From: an uncultured Verrucomicrobiales bacterium
GTDB taxonomy: Bacteria > Pseudomonadota > Alphaproteobacteria > Paracaedibacterales > CAIULA01
Reading direction: 5' to 3'
Assembly (NCBI GenBank): GCA_964508915.1
Contig: CAZDVK010000001.1
Coordinates: 157,358-181,357 of the forward strand
Length of the DNA: 24,000 nt
Shown piece by piece: positions 8,802 through 17,141 of this stretch (positions are counted from its first letter, which is position 1; each line of letters begins with the position of its first letter). Below the pieces are notes generated by a model, which did not search any database, was not told the origin of the DNA, and was given only the letters and a program-made list of their open reading frames with translations. A program made the position numbers and the translations under genes.

Positions 8802-10340
8802 TTAATGTTCTCCGTAATAATACTGCTCACTTTCAGTCTCATCTGTTTCTCTCCAATCATCTACTAATGGAAGACCTGACGCAGGCCATGTACTAAATGG
8901 GCCTGTTGGAAAATAGGTGATGACTTGTTCATCTAAAGCATAAACATGGCAATCACTCCATTTCTCTTTTGTAATCGTAACCGTCTTGAATCCTCTTTGC
9001 TTTTCTTCGGTCCATCGTTCTTTTACGTCATGTGTATCAGTTAAATGCCTTCCGCGTTTTTTTGTTGCAACTTCTTCCGCGCCAGCTAATCCACTCAATC
9101 GGATTGTTACATCATTAAGGGCAAGTTTCCATTGGTCTGGTTGAGTAACAACAGAACCGTCAACAGTTTGGAAAAAATCCAAGCAAGCCGCCTGATCATA
9201 AACATTCCGCATCAAAGTTTGGACACCCAGAATGCTTAAAAAGCCACCCAAATCTGCCGTAAAGTTTTCTGGCCTATCCATGCGAATGCTATTCAATTGC
9301 TCGACAAAAGTGGCAAAATCAGCTTTTAAAGCACGGCCAGGCTTAGCATGACCTGTTATGTAACCTTCACAAATACGGTTTATTTCTGTTCCAATTGAAT
9401 CATGAACATATTGACTTATTTGCGCGTTCGCCCTAAGCCCCAATCCACTCAATAAAGCCTTTGCACCTGACCCCACAGTAAATGATACGGCAGGGTTTTC
9501 CATATAACTACAGGATGCAATGGCTGCTTGAATCGGTTCACGGTAAGCGTCGTCATAGGGCCCAACAGCCGTGGGAAAAGGAAGGCATGAAACACGGCCA
9601 GGATTGGATGCAAAAAACTCTAAAAGATCACGCACTCCTGGTATCCCTAGATTATTATTTCCTTTTGAACCTTCTTCAAGCAAATCGCTAAATAGTGCTG
9701 AAGGCTCAACATCCCTTTGCTTTGTAATCACTAACGACAAAGCACTTTTTAACCGATCTTTATCTGCAAACGTGCTATAAACACGATTGATCATTTGCAA
9801 AAAAGACCCCCCTCGGGTTGTAATACTTTCTTCTGATGCCACCAAAATAATCCGCACTTTAGATAGTTCTTGGAAAATTTCACGGATGGAAAATGCATGG
9901 GTAATTTCATCATCTTCCAATGGATCACCAAAACCGGGACAATCCCAATAAGTTATGCCAGTTTCTTTATCATGATAACAGCATGGCATTCTAGTTCCAG
10001 TGCTCATACCATGGCTAATATGAAAACCTGGTAAAGGAGTTTCTGTATCTAAAACTTTTTTGCCCATTGTAGCACTTCCCACTGTTAAGGGTCTTTTAGC
10101 CAAATAAGTAATTAGGGTGCTTTTACCACTTCCTATTGCTCCAATCACAACAACAGATTCCAAGCTACCTGCTGCTTCTTTAGCTTGTCGCACAGTAGAA
10201 GCGACTCTCATGATCTTATGCTGCAATTCACTTGGATCAACGCCCGAGCCATCTGCCCCAGCCACGGGTAAAACACAATTTAAGTAAACGCAAAAACATG
10301 TTAATAAACACAACTTAGACAGCTTAATTTTTTTAAACAT
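8802..10340 (-). CDS. Hypothetical exported protein with an N-terminal P-loop GTPase-like domain (AIG1/Toc/YfjP-like TRAFAC pattern) and an unknown ~300-aa C-terminal region
   Basis: SD GAGGGAGAAG lies upstream of ATG 10340. Sec-type signal MFKKIKLSKLCLLTCFCVYLNCVLPVAGA|DG. G1/Walker A is VVVIGAIGSGKST (nt 10116-10142, checked by hand translation), G3-like is WDCPGFGD, and G4-like is LVITKQRD. The tail is acidic: DDWRETDETESEQYYYGEH. Confidence 0.6.
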   Translation of the reverse strand: MFKKIKLSKLCLLTCFCVYLNCVLPVAGADGSGVDPSELQHKIMRVASTVRQAKEAAGSLESVVVIGAIGSGKSTLITYLAKRPLTVGSATMGKKVLDTETPLPGFHISHGMSTGTRMPCCYHDKETGITYWDCPGFGDPLEDDEITHAFSIREIFQELSKVRIILVASEESITTRGGSFLQMINRVYSTFADKDRLKSALSLVITKQRDVEPSALFSDLLEEGSKGNNNLGIPGVRDLLEFFASNPGRVSCLPFPTAVGPYDDAYREPIQAAIASCSYMENPAVSFTVGSGAKALLSGLGLRANAQISQYVHDSIGTEINRICEGYITGHAKPGRALKADFATFVEQLNSIRMDRPENFTADLGGFLSILGVQTLMRNVYDQAACLDFFQTVDGSVVTQPDQWKLALNDVTIRLSGLAGAEEVATKKRGRHLTDTHDVKERWTEEKQRGFKTVTITKEKWSDCHVYALDEQVITYFPTGPFSTWPASGLPLVDDWRETDETESEQYYYGEH

Positions 10341-10494
10341 TTTTCTTCTCCCTCAACACAGTCTAACAAGCAGGCGCATTGTACCACTAATTGCCCAATA
10401 AGTTAAGTTGGAAGGAGTTTAATCATTCCCGTAATATAAAACAGCAGATTCCCCCCTCGTTCTTTCTTTAAAAAGTCTGTATGATCCAAAAAAA

Positions 10495-13188
10495 ATGACA
10501 AACGGTTTAGTCAACGTGGAAAAATTATTCTTGGTCGATGGGTCTGGCTTTATTTTTCGGGCTTTTCATGCCCTGCCGCCGCTTTCAAATCCAAAGGGTA
10601 TTCCAGTGGGTGCCGTATACGGTTTTTGCAATATGTTGCTTAAAACCATCGACCAAGCCAAAGGCCACAAACTTCTGATTATTTTTGATGCGGGTCGCCA
10701 AACATTTCGTAACGATATTTACCCAGATTACAAAGCACACAGGCCACCACCACCACCTGAATTGATTCCTCAATTTGGCTTAGTCAGGGAAGCGTGCGCC
10801 GCGTTTGGCGTTCCCTGTGTGGAACTAGCGGGGTTTGAGGCCGATGATTTAATAGCATCCTATGCCCAAAAAGCTACAGAAGAAAATATAGAAGTGGTCA
10901 TTATTTCATCAGACAAAGATTTGATGCAGCTGATCAATCCCCACGTTCATATGTATGACCCTTTAAAAAGCAAACAAATTGGCCCTGACCAGGTAGTTGA
11001 AAAATTCGGTGTGCCGCCACACCAAGTTATTGATGTACAGGCCTTGGCTGGTGATTCAACGGATAATGTTCCAGGTGTTCCGGGCATTGGTGTTAAAACA
11101 GCGGCAGAGCTTATTAAAGAATATGGTAATTTGGAATCACTTTTAAGCTACGCCCACACCATTAAGCAACCTAAACGCCGGGAAGCTTTGGTAAGTCATG
11201 CTGACAATGCGCGCATTTCAAAAAAGTTAGTCACCTTAGTCTCAGACGCCCCCCTTCCCTTATCTTTGAATGATTTAAGCTTCAGCACACTATATCCAAA
11301 AACTTTAGAATCCTTCTTAGTGGAACATGGTTTTAATGCTTTGCGTAATCGTTTAATTCAAAATGAAAAACCAGCCCAAAAACCTACCACATATAGCACT
11401 ATTCAAAAAACCGAAGACCTTGAAAAATGGATTCAAAAAGCAACACAAAAAGGTATTGTGGGGTTTGATACGGAAACCACATCCCTGTCCACACGCCTTG
11501 CAAAACTTGTGGGGTTTTCCTTTGCCATTCCAGATGAAGGGGCGTGCTACGTGCCCATTCACCATCAAACAACAGAAAGCCAAATTTCGGAACAAGATGC
11601 CCTGAATCTTTTACGTCCCCTTTTGGCTGACCCATCTGTTTTAAAAGTTGGTCATAACTTAAAATACGACATGGGTGTTTTAGAAAAATATAATGCCTCC
11701 ATCGTTAGTTATGATGACACGATGTTAATGTCATATTGTTTAGATGCAGGGAAACACGGTCATAGCCTAGATGAACTGGCTAAACGCCACTTAGACCGCA
11801 CAACCATTTCCTATAGTCAGGTCACAGGAACTGGTAAAAATCAAAAAACCTTTGACGCTGTTCCCCTGAATGAAGCCACAAACTATGCGGCAGAAGATGC
11901 AGAAATTACCTTAGCTTTGCACGGCATTTTAAAACCCCGCCTTCAAACAGAAGGCCAAACATCCGTTTATGAACGTATTGAACGGCCTTTGGTTCCCGTT
12001 ATTGTCGCCATGGAACAAACGGGTATTCAGTTAGACACCCATCTTTTAGAAACCTATGGTCAAGATTTTGACCAACGGCTTCAGGTATTAGAGCAAGAGA
12101 TTCATATATTAGCCGGTGAAACATTTAACGTGGCCTCCCCTAAACAACTGGGCGAAATTTTGTTTGATAAAATGTCTTTACCGGGGGGGAAAAAGGGGAA
12201 AACAGGCGCCTATGGAACAGATGTGGATGTTCTGGAATCTTTAAAAATTCAAGGCCATGCCATTGCTGATAAAGTGTTAGAGTGGCGCGGGCTTGCCAAG
12301 CTGAAATCAACCTATGTAGACGCTTTATTAACAGCATGTGACCCACACACCCATCGTGTTTATACTTCCTATTCCATGGTGGGGGCTGCAACCGGCAGGT
12401 TGTCATCGTCTGACCCCAACCTACAAAACATTCCCATCAAAACAGAAGATGGACGAAAAATTCGAAAATGTTTTATCGCAGCCCCTGGGTACTGCCTTGT
12501 ATCGTTAGACTATTCACAAATCGAATTGCGCTTTTTAGCCCATATGGCGGGTGTTCAGTCATTAATTGATGCCTTTAAAGCCCATGAAGATATTCATAAA
12601 AAAACGGCTTCAGAAATTTTTGGCGTGCCCCTTGATCAGGTAGATAAAGAGCTACGCCGCAAGGCAAAAACCATTAACTTTGGTATTATTTATGGTATTA
12701 GTGCCTTTGGATTGGGGCAGCAATTGGGTATTCCAACAGGTGACGCGAACCAAATTATTCAAACGTATTTGGCCCAATATCCAGAAATTCAAAATTATAT
12801 GAATAAATGTATTCATCACGCCCGCGATACAGGGTATGTAGAAACATTATTTGGACGTCGTTGCTATGTGCCAACCATTCATGACCGCAATCCAAACCTT
12901 CGCCAATTTGCTGAACGGCAGGCTATTAATGCCCCCCTTCAGGGAAGCAATGCCGACACCATCAAAATTGCTATGCGTAAAATTTACAATTTATTGAATA
13001 CACAAGAATTTAAAAATACCCGCATGCTGCTTCAGGTCCACGATGAATTATTGTTCGAAATACCCATAGGTGAAGAAAGCAAAACCATTACAGCATTGAA
13101 AAACATTATGGAAAACGCCGCCACCTTAAGTGTGCCACTGGTTGTGGACAGCGGTTCTGGCAAAAACTGGGATGAGGCTCACAGTTAG
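10495..13188 (+). CDS. polA: DNA polymerase I (5' nuclease + 3'-5' exonuclease + polymerase domains)
   Basis: 897 aa. 5' nuclease N-terminus LVDGSGFIFRAFHA, Exo I motif GFDTETTSL, polymerase motif A LDYSQIELR, motif B RRKAKTINFGIIYG and motif C LQVHDELLFE. Confidence 0.95.
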   Translation: MTNGLVNVEKLFLVDGSGFIFRAFHALPPLSNPKGIPVGAVYGFCNMLLKTIDQAKGHKLLIIFDAGRQTFRNDIYPDYKAHRPPPPPELIPQFGLVREACAAFGVPCVELAGFEADDLIASYAQKATEENIEVVIISSDKDLMQLINPHVHMYDPLKSKQIGPDQVVEKFGVPPHQVIDVQALAGDSTDNVPGVPGIGVKTAAELIKEYGNLESLLSYAHTIKQPKRREALVSHADNARISKKLVTLVSDAPLPLSLNDLSFSTLYPKTLESFLVEHGFNALRNRLIQNEKPAQKPTTYSTIQKTEDLEKWIQKATQKGIVGFDTETTSLSTRLAKLVGFSFAIPDEGACYVPIHHQTTESQISEQDALNLLRPLLADPSVLKVGHNLKYDMGVLEKYNASIVSYDDTMLMSYCLDAGKHGHSLDELAKRHLDRTTISYSQVTGTGKNQKTFDAVPLNEATNYAAEDAEITLALHGILKPRLQTEGQTSVYERIERPLVPVIVAMEQTGIQLDTHLLETYGQDFDQRLQVLEQEIHILAGETFNVASPKQLGEILFDKMSLPGGKKGKTGAYGTDVDVLESLKIQGHAIADKVLEWRGLAKLKSTYVDALLTACDPHTHRVYTSYSMVGAATGRLSSSDPNLQNIPIKTEDGRKIRKCFIAAPGYCLVSLDYSQIELRFLAHMAGVQSLIDAFKAHEDIHKKTASEIFGVPLDQVDKELRRKAKTINFGIIYGISAFGLGQQLGIPTGDANQIIQTYLAQYPEIQNYMNKCIHHARDTGYVETLFGRRCYVPTIHDRNPNLRQFAERQAINAPLQGSNADTIKIAMRKIYNLLNTQEFKNTRMLLQVHDELLFEIPIGEESKTITALKNIMENAATLSVPLVVDSGSGKNWDEAHS

Positions 13189-13189
13189 T

Positions 13190-13229
13190 TCAATGTGATG
13201 TAATCAATGTGATGTAATCAATGTGTAAT
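13190..13229. repeat. Short tandem repeat, TCAATGTGATGTAA x2 plus a degenerate third copy (TCAATGTGTAAT)
   Basis: Read directly: copies at 13190-13203 and 13204-13217, with a partial copy from 13218. It sits in the 58-bp convergent spacer between the polA stop (13188) and the stop of the 670-aa gene (13247). Confidence 0.7.
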
Positions 13230-13246
13230 GGTTACTATCAACTTTA

Positions 13247-15259
13247 CTACCAACCCAAACGTTGACGAATTTCGGCTTTCTTTCCCATAGGAACAAGATG
13301 GCCAAAATTTTGATCTTCTCCAAAGTCATAGTATGCATACAAAACACCTGGATTATTCGGAAATAAGTTCAAGCCACTTTCCAAATTTGGAATAATATCG
13401 TCATACCTTCTCTCTAACATGTGTGCTCTATGCATTCTTAAACAACTCTGAACTTTACTTTGCTCTTGGGAACAAGCATCATTCATCAACATTTGATTGA
13501 CAAAAATAACATCCACATAAGAAACATCACGCAAGTGGCTATCGAATACGTTAGAAAGCCCCTCTAAAACACCCAATCGCACAGCATTATCGCTTTGGCC
13601 ATACTCTTCCAGTATTTGTCTGCCTACCTTAAGTGCTGAAACTAATCTCACATGATCCTGTGCAGTCCATAAATAAAATAGATTTTGCAAGATACCTTTT
13701 CTTTTTTCAGGGTCTCTTTTATTAAGCTCTAATAATTGCTCATAATAACCAGCAGCTTTGTCTGTATCCTTGAGATCATAGCGATAAATATACGCCAGAG
13801 TATTTAATGGCTCTTCCTCAGACCATTTTTCAGCCAAAGCCCTTTCCCAAATTCTAACGGCACGCTTTACATCTTTAACTCCGGGGTCACCAGAAGTTAG
13901 TAAACGTGCTAACTTTACTAACATTAAATTGCGAGGACCTTTTTCTTTGGTTTTCCTAATCTGAGCCTCCACTAAACTCAAAGCTTTTCTGTGGTCCTTG
14001 ACCCCCATAAGACCGTACTGATAAATATGTTGTAAGTTATTAAGTAGCTGGTCTCTCACATCTTCTGAGAAGTCTGGCATATCAAAGAATCTATTAATTA
14101 GTTCGATAGCTTGTTCATGATTTGCAACAACATGGCCAAAAGTTTTTAAGTTAGAAAGATTTTGGACTGCTCTTTCAAAGTTTCCTTTTTGCACCTTATT
14201 TAAAGCCCCATCCATGGTAACCATTCTATCTATAATTTGGCGATAAATAGCTTCTGCCTCTACTTCATCTACCCTATCATGTGCACCATAGTGAAGAAGA
14301 TAAGCCATTGCCAACTGAACTCCTTCAACTGTAGCACCTAGCCTTTCAAGTACACTGGCATCACCTAATAAATCTCGCAAAATCCGCAGCGCCTCAGAAG
14401 GTTGGTAAAAAGGATATTCTCTGCATTGATAGAAATTAGAAAGGGTAATTTTTGCCACGGTTCTGGTAACATCATCTGGAGAGGACAAAAAACCTTTTAA
14501 AAAAGCCTCCTTAGCAGCCACAACCTCTACATCTAGGCTACCTGTTTTTGAGAATTCATTCAAATCAGACAAAACACTTAATGCCCCCTCTTGATCAATT
14601 GCAGAATTAAGTGCCTGAAGGCTATACATGAAAAACTCTTCCCACAATCCCTCTTGCTTAGCTGCGCCAGCCAAACTGGATAAGGCCAGAAATTTAACAA
14701 ATCCATTTTCGGAATCGCACGCTTCAGAAAGAAGGAGCTGCGTTTTTGACAAAAGCCCTGTCTTGCTTCCCTTCAATTCCGGCCATTCTTCAAGAAAATC
14801 CACATTAATAATGGCTGCTGCTTGTCTAACAATTGGGTTTCCATCGGCAATTAGCCTTTCAACGGCAGATGAATTTCGTCTTAAAAAGACCCTTACCTTT
14901 TCCTGCGCACCCTTAATAACCTGTAATTTTTCGATGCAAGCAACAACAAACCCCCATTGAATAATGCCTTTTACTTTTTTGCTTGCGTCCTCAGAACCCA
15001 TTAAAAGCACGGTTCCATCAAGAAGAAAATCTAGATATAAAGGATTTTTGGAACCTAAACGAAAGACACGGTCCATATATGTTTTTGTGACTTCAACTAG
15101 CTCTTTAACGTCAATATCAGCATGGGATGAACTAACTTTAAGTCTAATAGCTTCATCATGTTCTTTCTCCTCCTCCATAGAAAACACTTGGTGACAAGCT
15201 GTAGAGCATAAAAACACTAATGCCAAAGAAGATGAATATAGAAAATTATTTTGTTTCAT
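13247..15259 (-). CDS. Hypothetical exported helical-repeat protein; the C-terminal half is Sel1-like/TPR-like
   Basis: 670 aa with the signal peptide MKQNNFLYSSSLALVFLCSTACHQVFS. It is predicted all-alpha by composition. Recurrent Sel1-like units: LAMAYLLHYGAHDRVDEVEAEAIYRQ, LQHIYQYGLMGVKDHRKALSLVE, LARLLTSGDPGVKDVKRAVRIWERA and LAYIYRYDLKDTDKAAGYYEQLLE. The SD AAGGG lies upstream of the ATG. Confidence 0.6.
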   Translation of the reverse strand: MKQNNFLYSSSLALVFLCSTACHQVFSMEEEKEHDEAIRLKVSSSHADIDVKELVEVTKTYMDRVFRLGSKNPLYLDFLLDGTVLLMGSEDASKKVKGIIQWGFVVACIEKLQVIKGAQEKVRVFLRRNSSAVERLIADGNPIVRQAAAIINVDFLEEWPELKGSKTGLLSKTQLLLSEACDSENGFVKFLALSSLAGAAKQEGLWEEFFMYSLQALNSAIDQEGALSVLSDLNEFSKTGSLDVEVVAAKEAFLKGFLSSPDDVTRTVAKITLSNFYQCREYPFYQPSEALRILRDLLGDASVLERLGATVEGVQLAMAYLLHYGAHDRVDEVEAEAIYRQIIDRMVTMDGALNKVQKGNFERAVQNLSNLKTFGHVVANHEQAIELINRFFDMPDFSEDVRDQLLNNLQHIYQYGLMGVKDHRKALSLVEAQIRKTKEKGPRNLMLVKLARLLTSGDPGVKDVKRAVRIWERALAEKWSEEEPLNTLAYIYRYDLKDTDKAAGYYEQLLELNKRDPEKRKGILQNLFYLWTAQDHVRLVSALKVGRQILEEYGQSDNAVRLGVLEGLSNVFDSHLRDVSYVDVIFVNQMLMNDACSQEQSKVQSCLRMHRAHMLERRYDDIIPNLESGLNLFPNNPGVLYAYYDFGEDQNFGHLVPMGKKAEIRQRLGW

Positions 15260-15371
15260 GAACGTTACCCTTTTTAGTTTATTTTACAATGACTATAAAC
15301 GAAAAATATTAACAAAAAAATTTTTTACGTATTTTTTTGTAACTTTAATAAAATATTTTGTAAGAAGAGTT

Positions 15372-17141
15372 CTATTTACCCTTTGATTGGGCTTGCCATA
15401 ACCGTGCGTATATCCCTTTGTGCGCCAAAAGATCTGCATGGGTTCCATGCTCAACAACCTTGCCATGACTCAGCACATAAATCATGTCTGCATCCACAAC
15501 CGTAGACAAACGATGGGCTACCATAACAGTTGTGCGCCCCTTCATCAGGGTTTTAAGGGCCTCTTGAACTTGCCGTTCTGAATCGGTATCTAAGGCTGAT
15601 GTGGCTTCATCTAACAGTAAAATCTTTGGGTTTTTCAACATAGCACGGGCTATGGCAATGCGTTGACGTTGACCACCTGACAGTTTAACGCCGTTTTCAC
15701 CCACAAATGTATCGTACCCTTTTGGCAACTGACTGATAAAATCATGGGCAGCTGCACATTTTGCGGCTTCCTCTATTAAGCTGTCTTCAACCTCTTCTGC
15801 TCCGTAAGCAATATTGTCACGAATGGACATATCAAAAAGGGAAATTTCCTGGCTCACCAAACCAATATGATGACGCAAATTTTGCAACGAAAAGTCTTGA
15901 ATATTCACACCATCTATAGAGATAGCACCAGAGGTAACATCATAAAACCGGGGAATTAGGTTGATAAAGGTCGATTTGCCAGCACCGCTTGAACCAACCA
16001 AGGCTATTGTCTGGGCCCTTTCAATACTCAGCGATACATTTTTAAGGGCATAGGTTCCATCTGGGTATTTAAAGCTGACTTGGTCAAAATCTATTTTTCC
16101 TTGAGCGATTGAAATAGGTTTTAGTTCGTCTGGGCTTGTGATAGTTGGGCTGATATCAAGCAATTGAAACACACGACTGGCGGCAGCTAAGCCTTCTTGT
16201 ATATTGGAATTCAAATTGCTAAGCCGCTTCATAGGTTCGTACACCAATAACATGGCAGCAATAAATGAAATAAAGTCACCGGTTGTACGGGTATGGTTCA
16301 TAACCTGATACCCCCCATAGGCAATAACCACAATAATGGCAAGACCACCTAAACTTTCAATAATTGGGTGGGCGGCTGAACGAACACGGGCGGTTTTGTA
16401 AATAAGTTTGAAAATATCTTTAATTTTTCTTTCTGCGCGTTTAGATTCAAATTCTTCCATACCGTAAGCTTTAACAACACGAATACCTTGGAAAATTTGG
16501 GTCAGCTGTGTTGTGAATTCCCCCAAAACTTCCTGTGTGTTGTAGGTTACTTTGCGCATGCGGCGCCCAAGTTTCGCAATAGGTAAAATGGCAACTGGAA
16601 AAATAAAAAATGCTGCGGCTGCTAATGTAAAATCCCTGTAAAACATAACGCCAACTAAAAAAACTAGCGTTAACGAATCTTTTCCAAGCCCAATGATCGT
16701 GTTTGACATAGACGTACGCATCATATTCACGTCGTTTGTGAATCTGGATAATAAATCTCCACTATTTGTACTGTGGAAAAAAGCCAAATCGGCATGCATT
16801 AAGTGACGAAACAAACGATTTTGAATATCTGAAATTATTTTTTGACCCACATAGGTCATAACAACCGATTCACCGTAAGAAGATGCACCCTTTAAAACAA
16901 AGGCCCCCAAGACGGCCCCACAGAAAGTTGCCAATAAAACGGGGTCAGCTTTTGTAAACACATCATCAAATACAGGCTTTAGTAGATATGGCAATGCAGC
17001 TGTAGACGCAGCTGCAATGACCATAAAAAAACACGCAACGCCAAATAATTTCATGTACGGCTTAACATGTTCCTTTAATAAACGGCCAGCAAGATCCTTG
17101 GATGATCTTTTTGTTGTCACGTACTCAAATTTAAAAGACAT
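15372..17141 (-). CDS. msbA: ABC exporter, fused permease/ATPase, MsbA-like (lipid A/lipid flippase family)
   Basis: 589 aa: a six-TM type-I exporter domain plus an NBD with Walker A GSSGAGKST, signature LSGGQRQRIAIARA, Walker B ILLLDEATSALD and H-loop VAHRLST. Substrate assignment is inferred only from family resemblance and the LPS gene context. Confidence 0.8.
   Translation of the reverse strand: MSFKFEYVTTKRSSKDLAGRLLKEHVKPYMKLFGVACFFMVIAAASTAALPYLLKPVFDDVFTKADPVLLATFCGAVLGAFVLKGASSYGESVVMTYVGQKIISDIQNRLFRHLMHADLAFFHSTNSGDLLSRFTNDVNMMRTSMSNTIIGLGKDSLTLVFLVGVMFYRDFTLAAAAFFIFPVAILPIAKLGRRMRKVTYNTQEVLGEFTTQLTQIFQGIRVVKAYGMEEFESKRAERKIKDIFKLIYKTARVRSAAHPIIESLGGLAIIVVIAYGGYQVMNHTRTTGDFISFIAAMLLVYEPMKRLSNLNSNIQEGLAAASRVFQLLDISPTITSPDELKPISIAQGKIDFDQVSFKYPDGTYALKNVSLSIERAQTIALVGSSGAGKSTFINLIPRFYDVTSGAISIDGVNIQDFSLQNLRHHIGLVSQEISLFDMSIRDNIAYGAEEVEDSLIEEAAKCAAAHDFISQLPKGYDTFVGENGVKLSGGQRQRIAIARAMLKNPKILLLDEATSALDTDSERQVQEALKTLMKGRTTVMVAHRLSTVVDADMIYVLSHGKVVEHGTHADLLAHKGIYARLWQAQSKGK

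Noticed and set aside
8705-8896. 63-aa plus-strand ORF in the spacer between the aminopeptidase gene and the GTPase-like gene
   Set aside because: It runs through the terminator hairpin and into the 3' end of the convergent gene, and it has no SD or recognisable features.
11353-11635. Cluster of four overlapping 78-80-aa ORFs on both strands inside polA
   Set aside because: All lie within the continuous, well-conserved PolA frame (the linker to the 3'-5' exonuclease domain). They are chance open frames in a Lys/Gln-rich region.
14628-15194. Plus-strand ORFs (110 aa, 76 aa) antisense to the 670-aa gene, and similar antisense ORFs in lpxC, plsC, rpoD, dnaG and the Ppx/GppA-family gene
   Set aside because: They are shorter than and nested within longer ORFs that have clear family motifs or signal peptides. 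They are Ser/Leu-rich shadow-frame translations.
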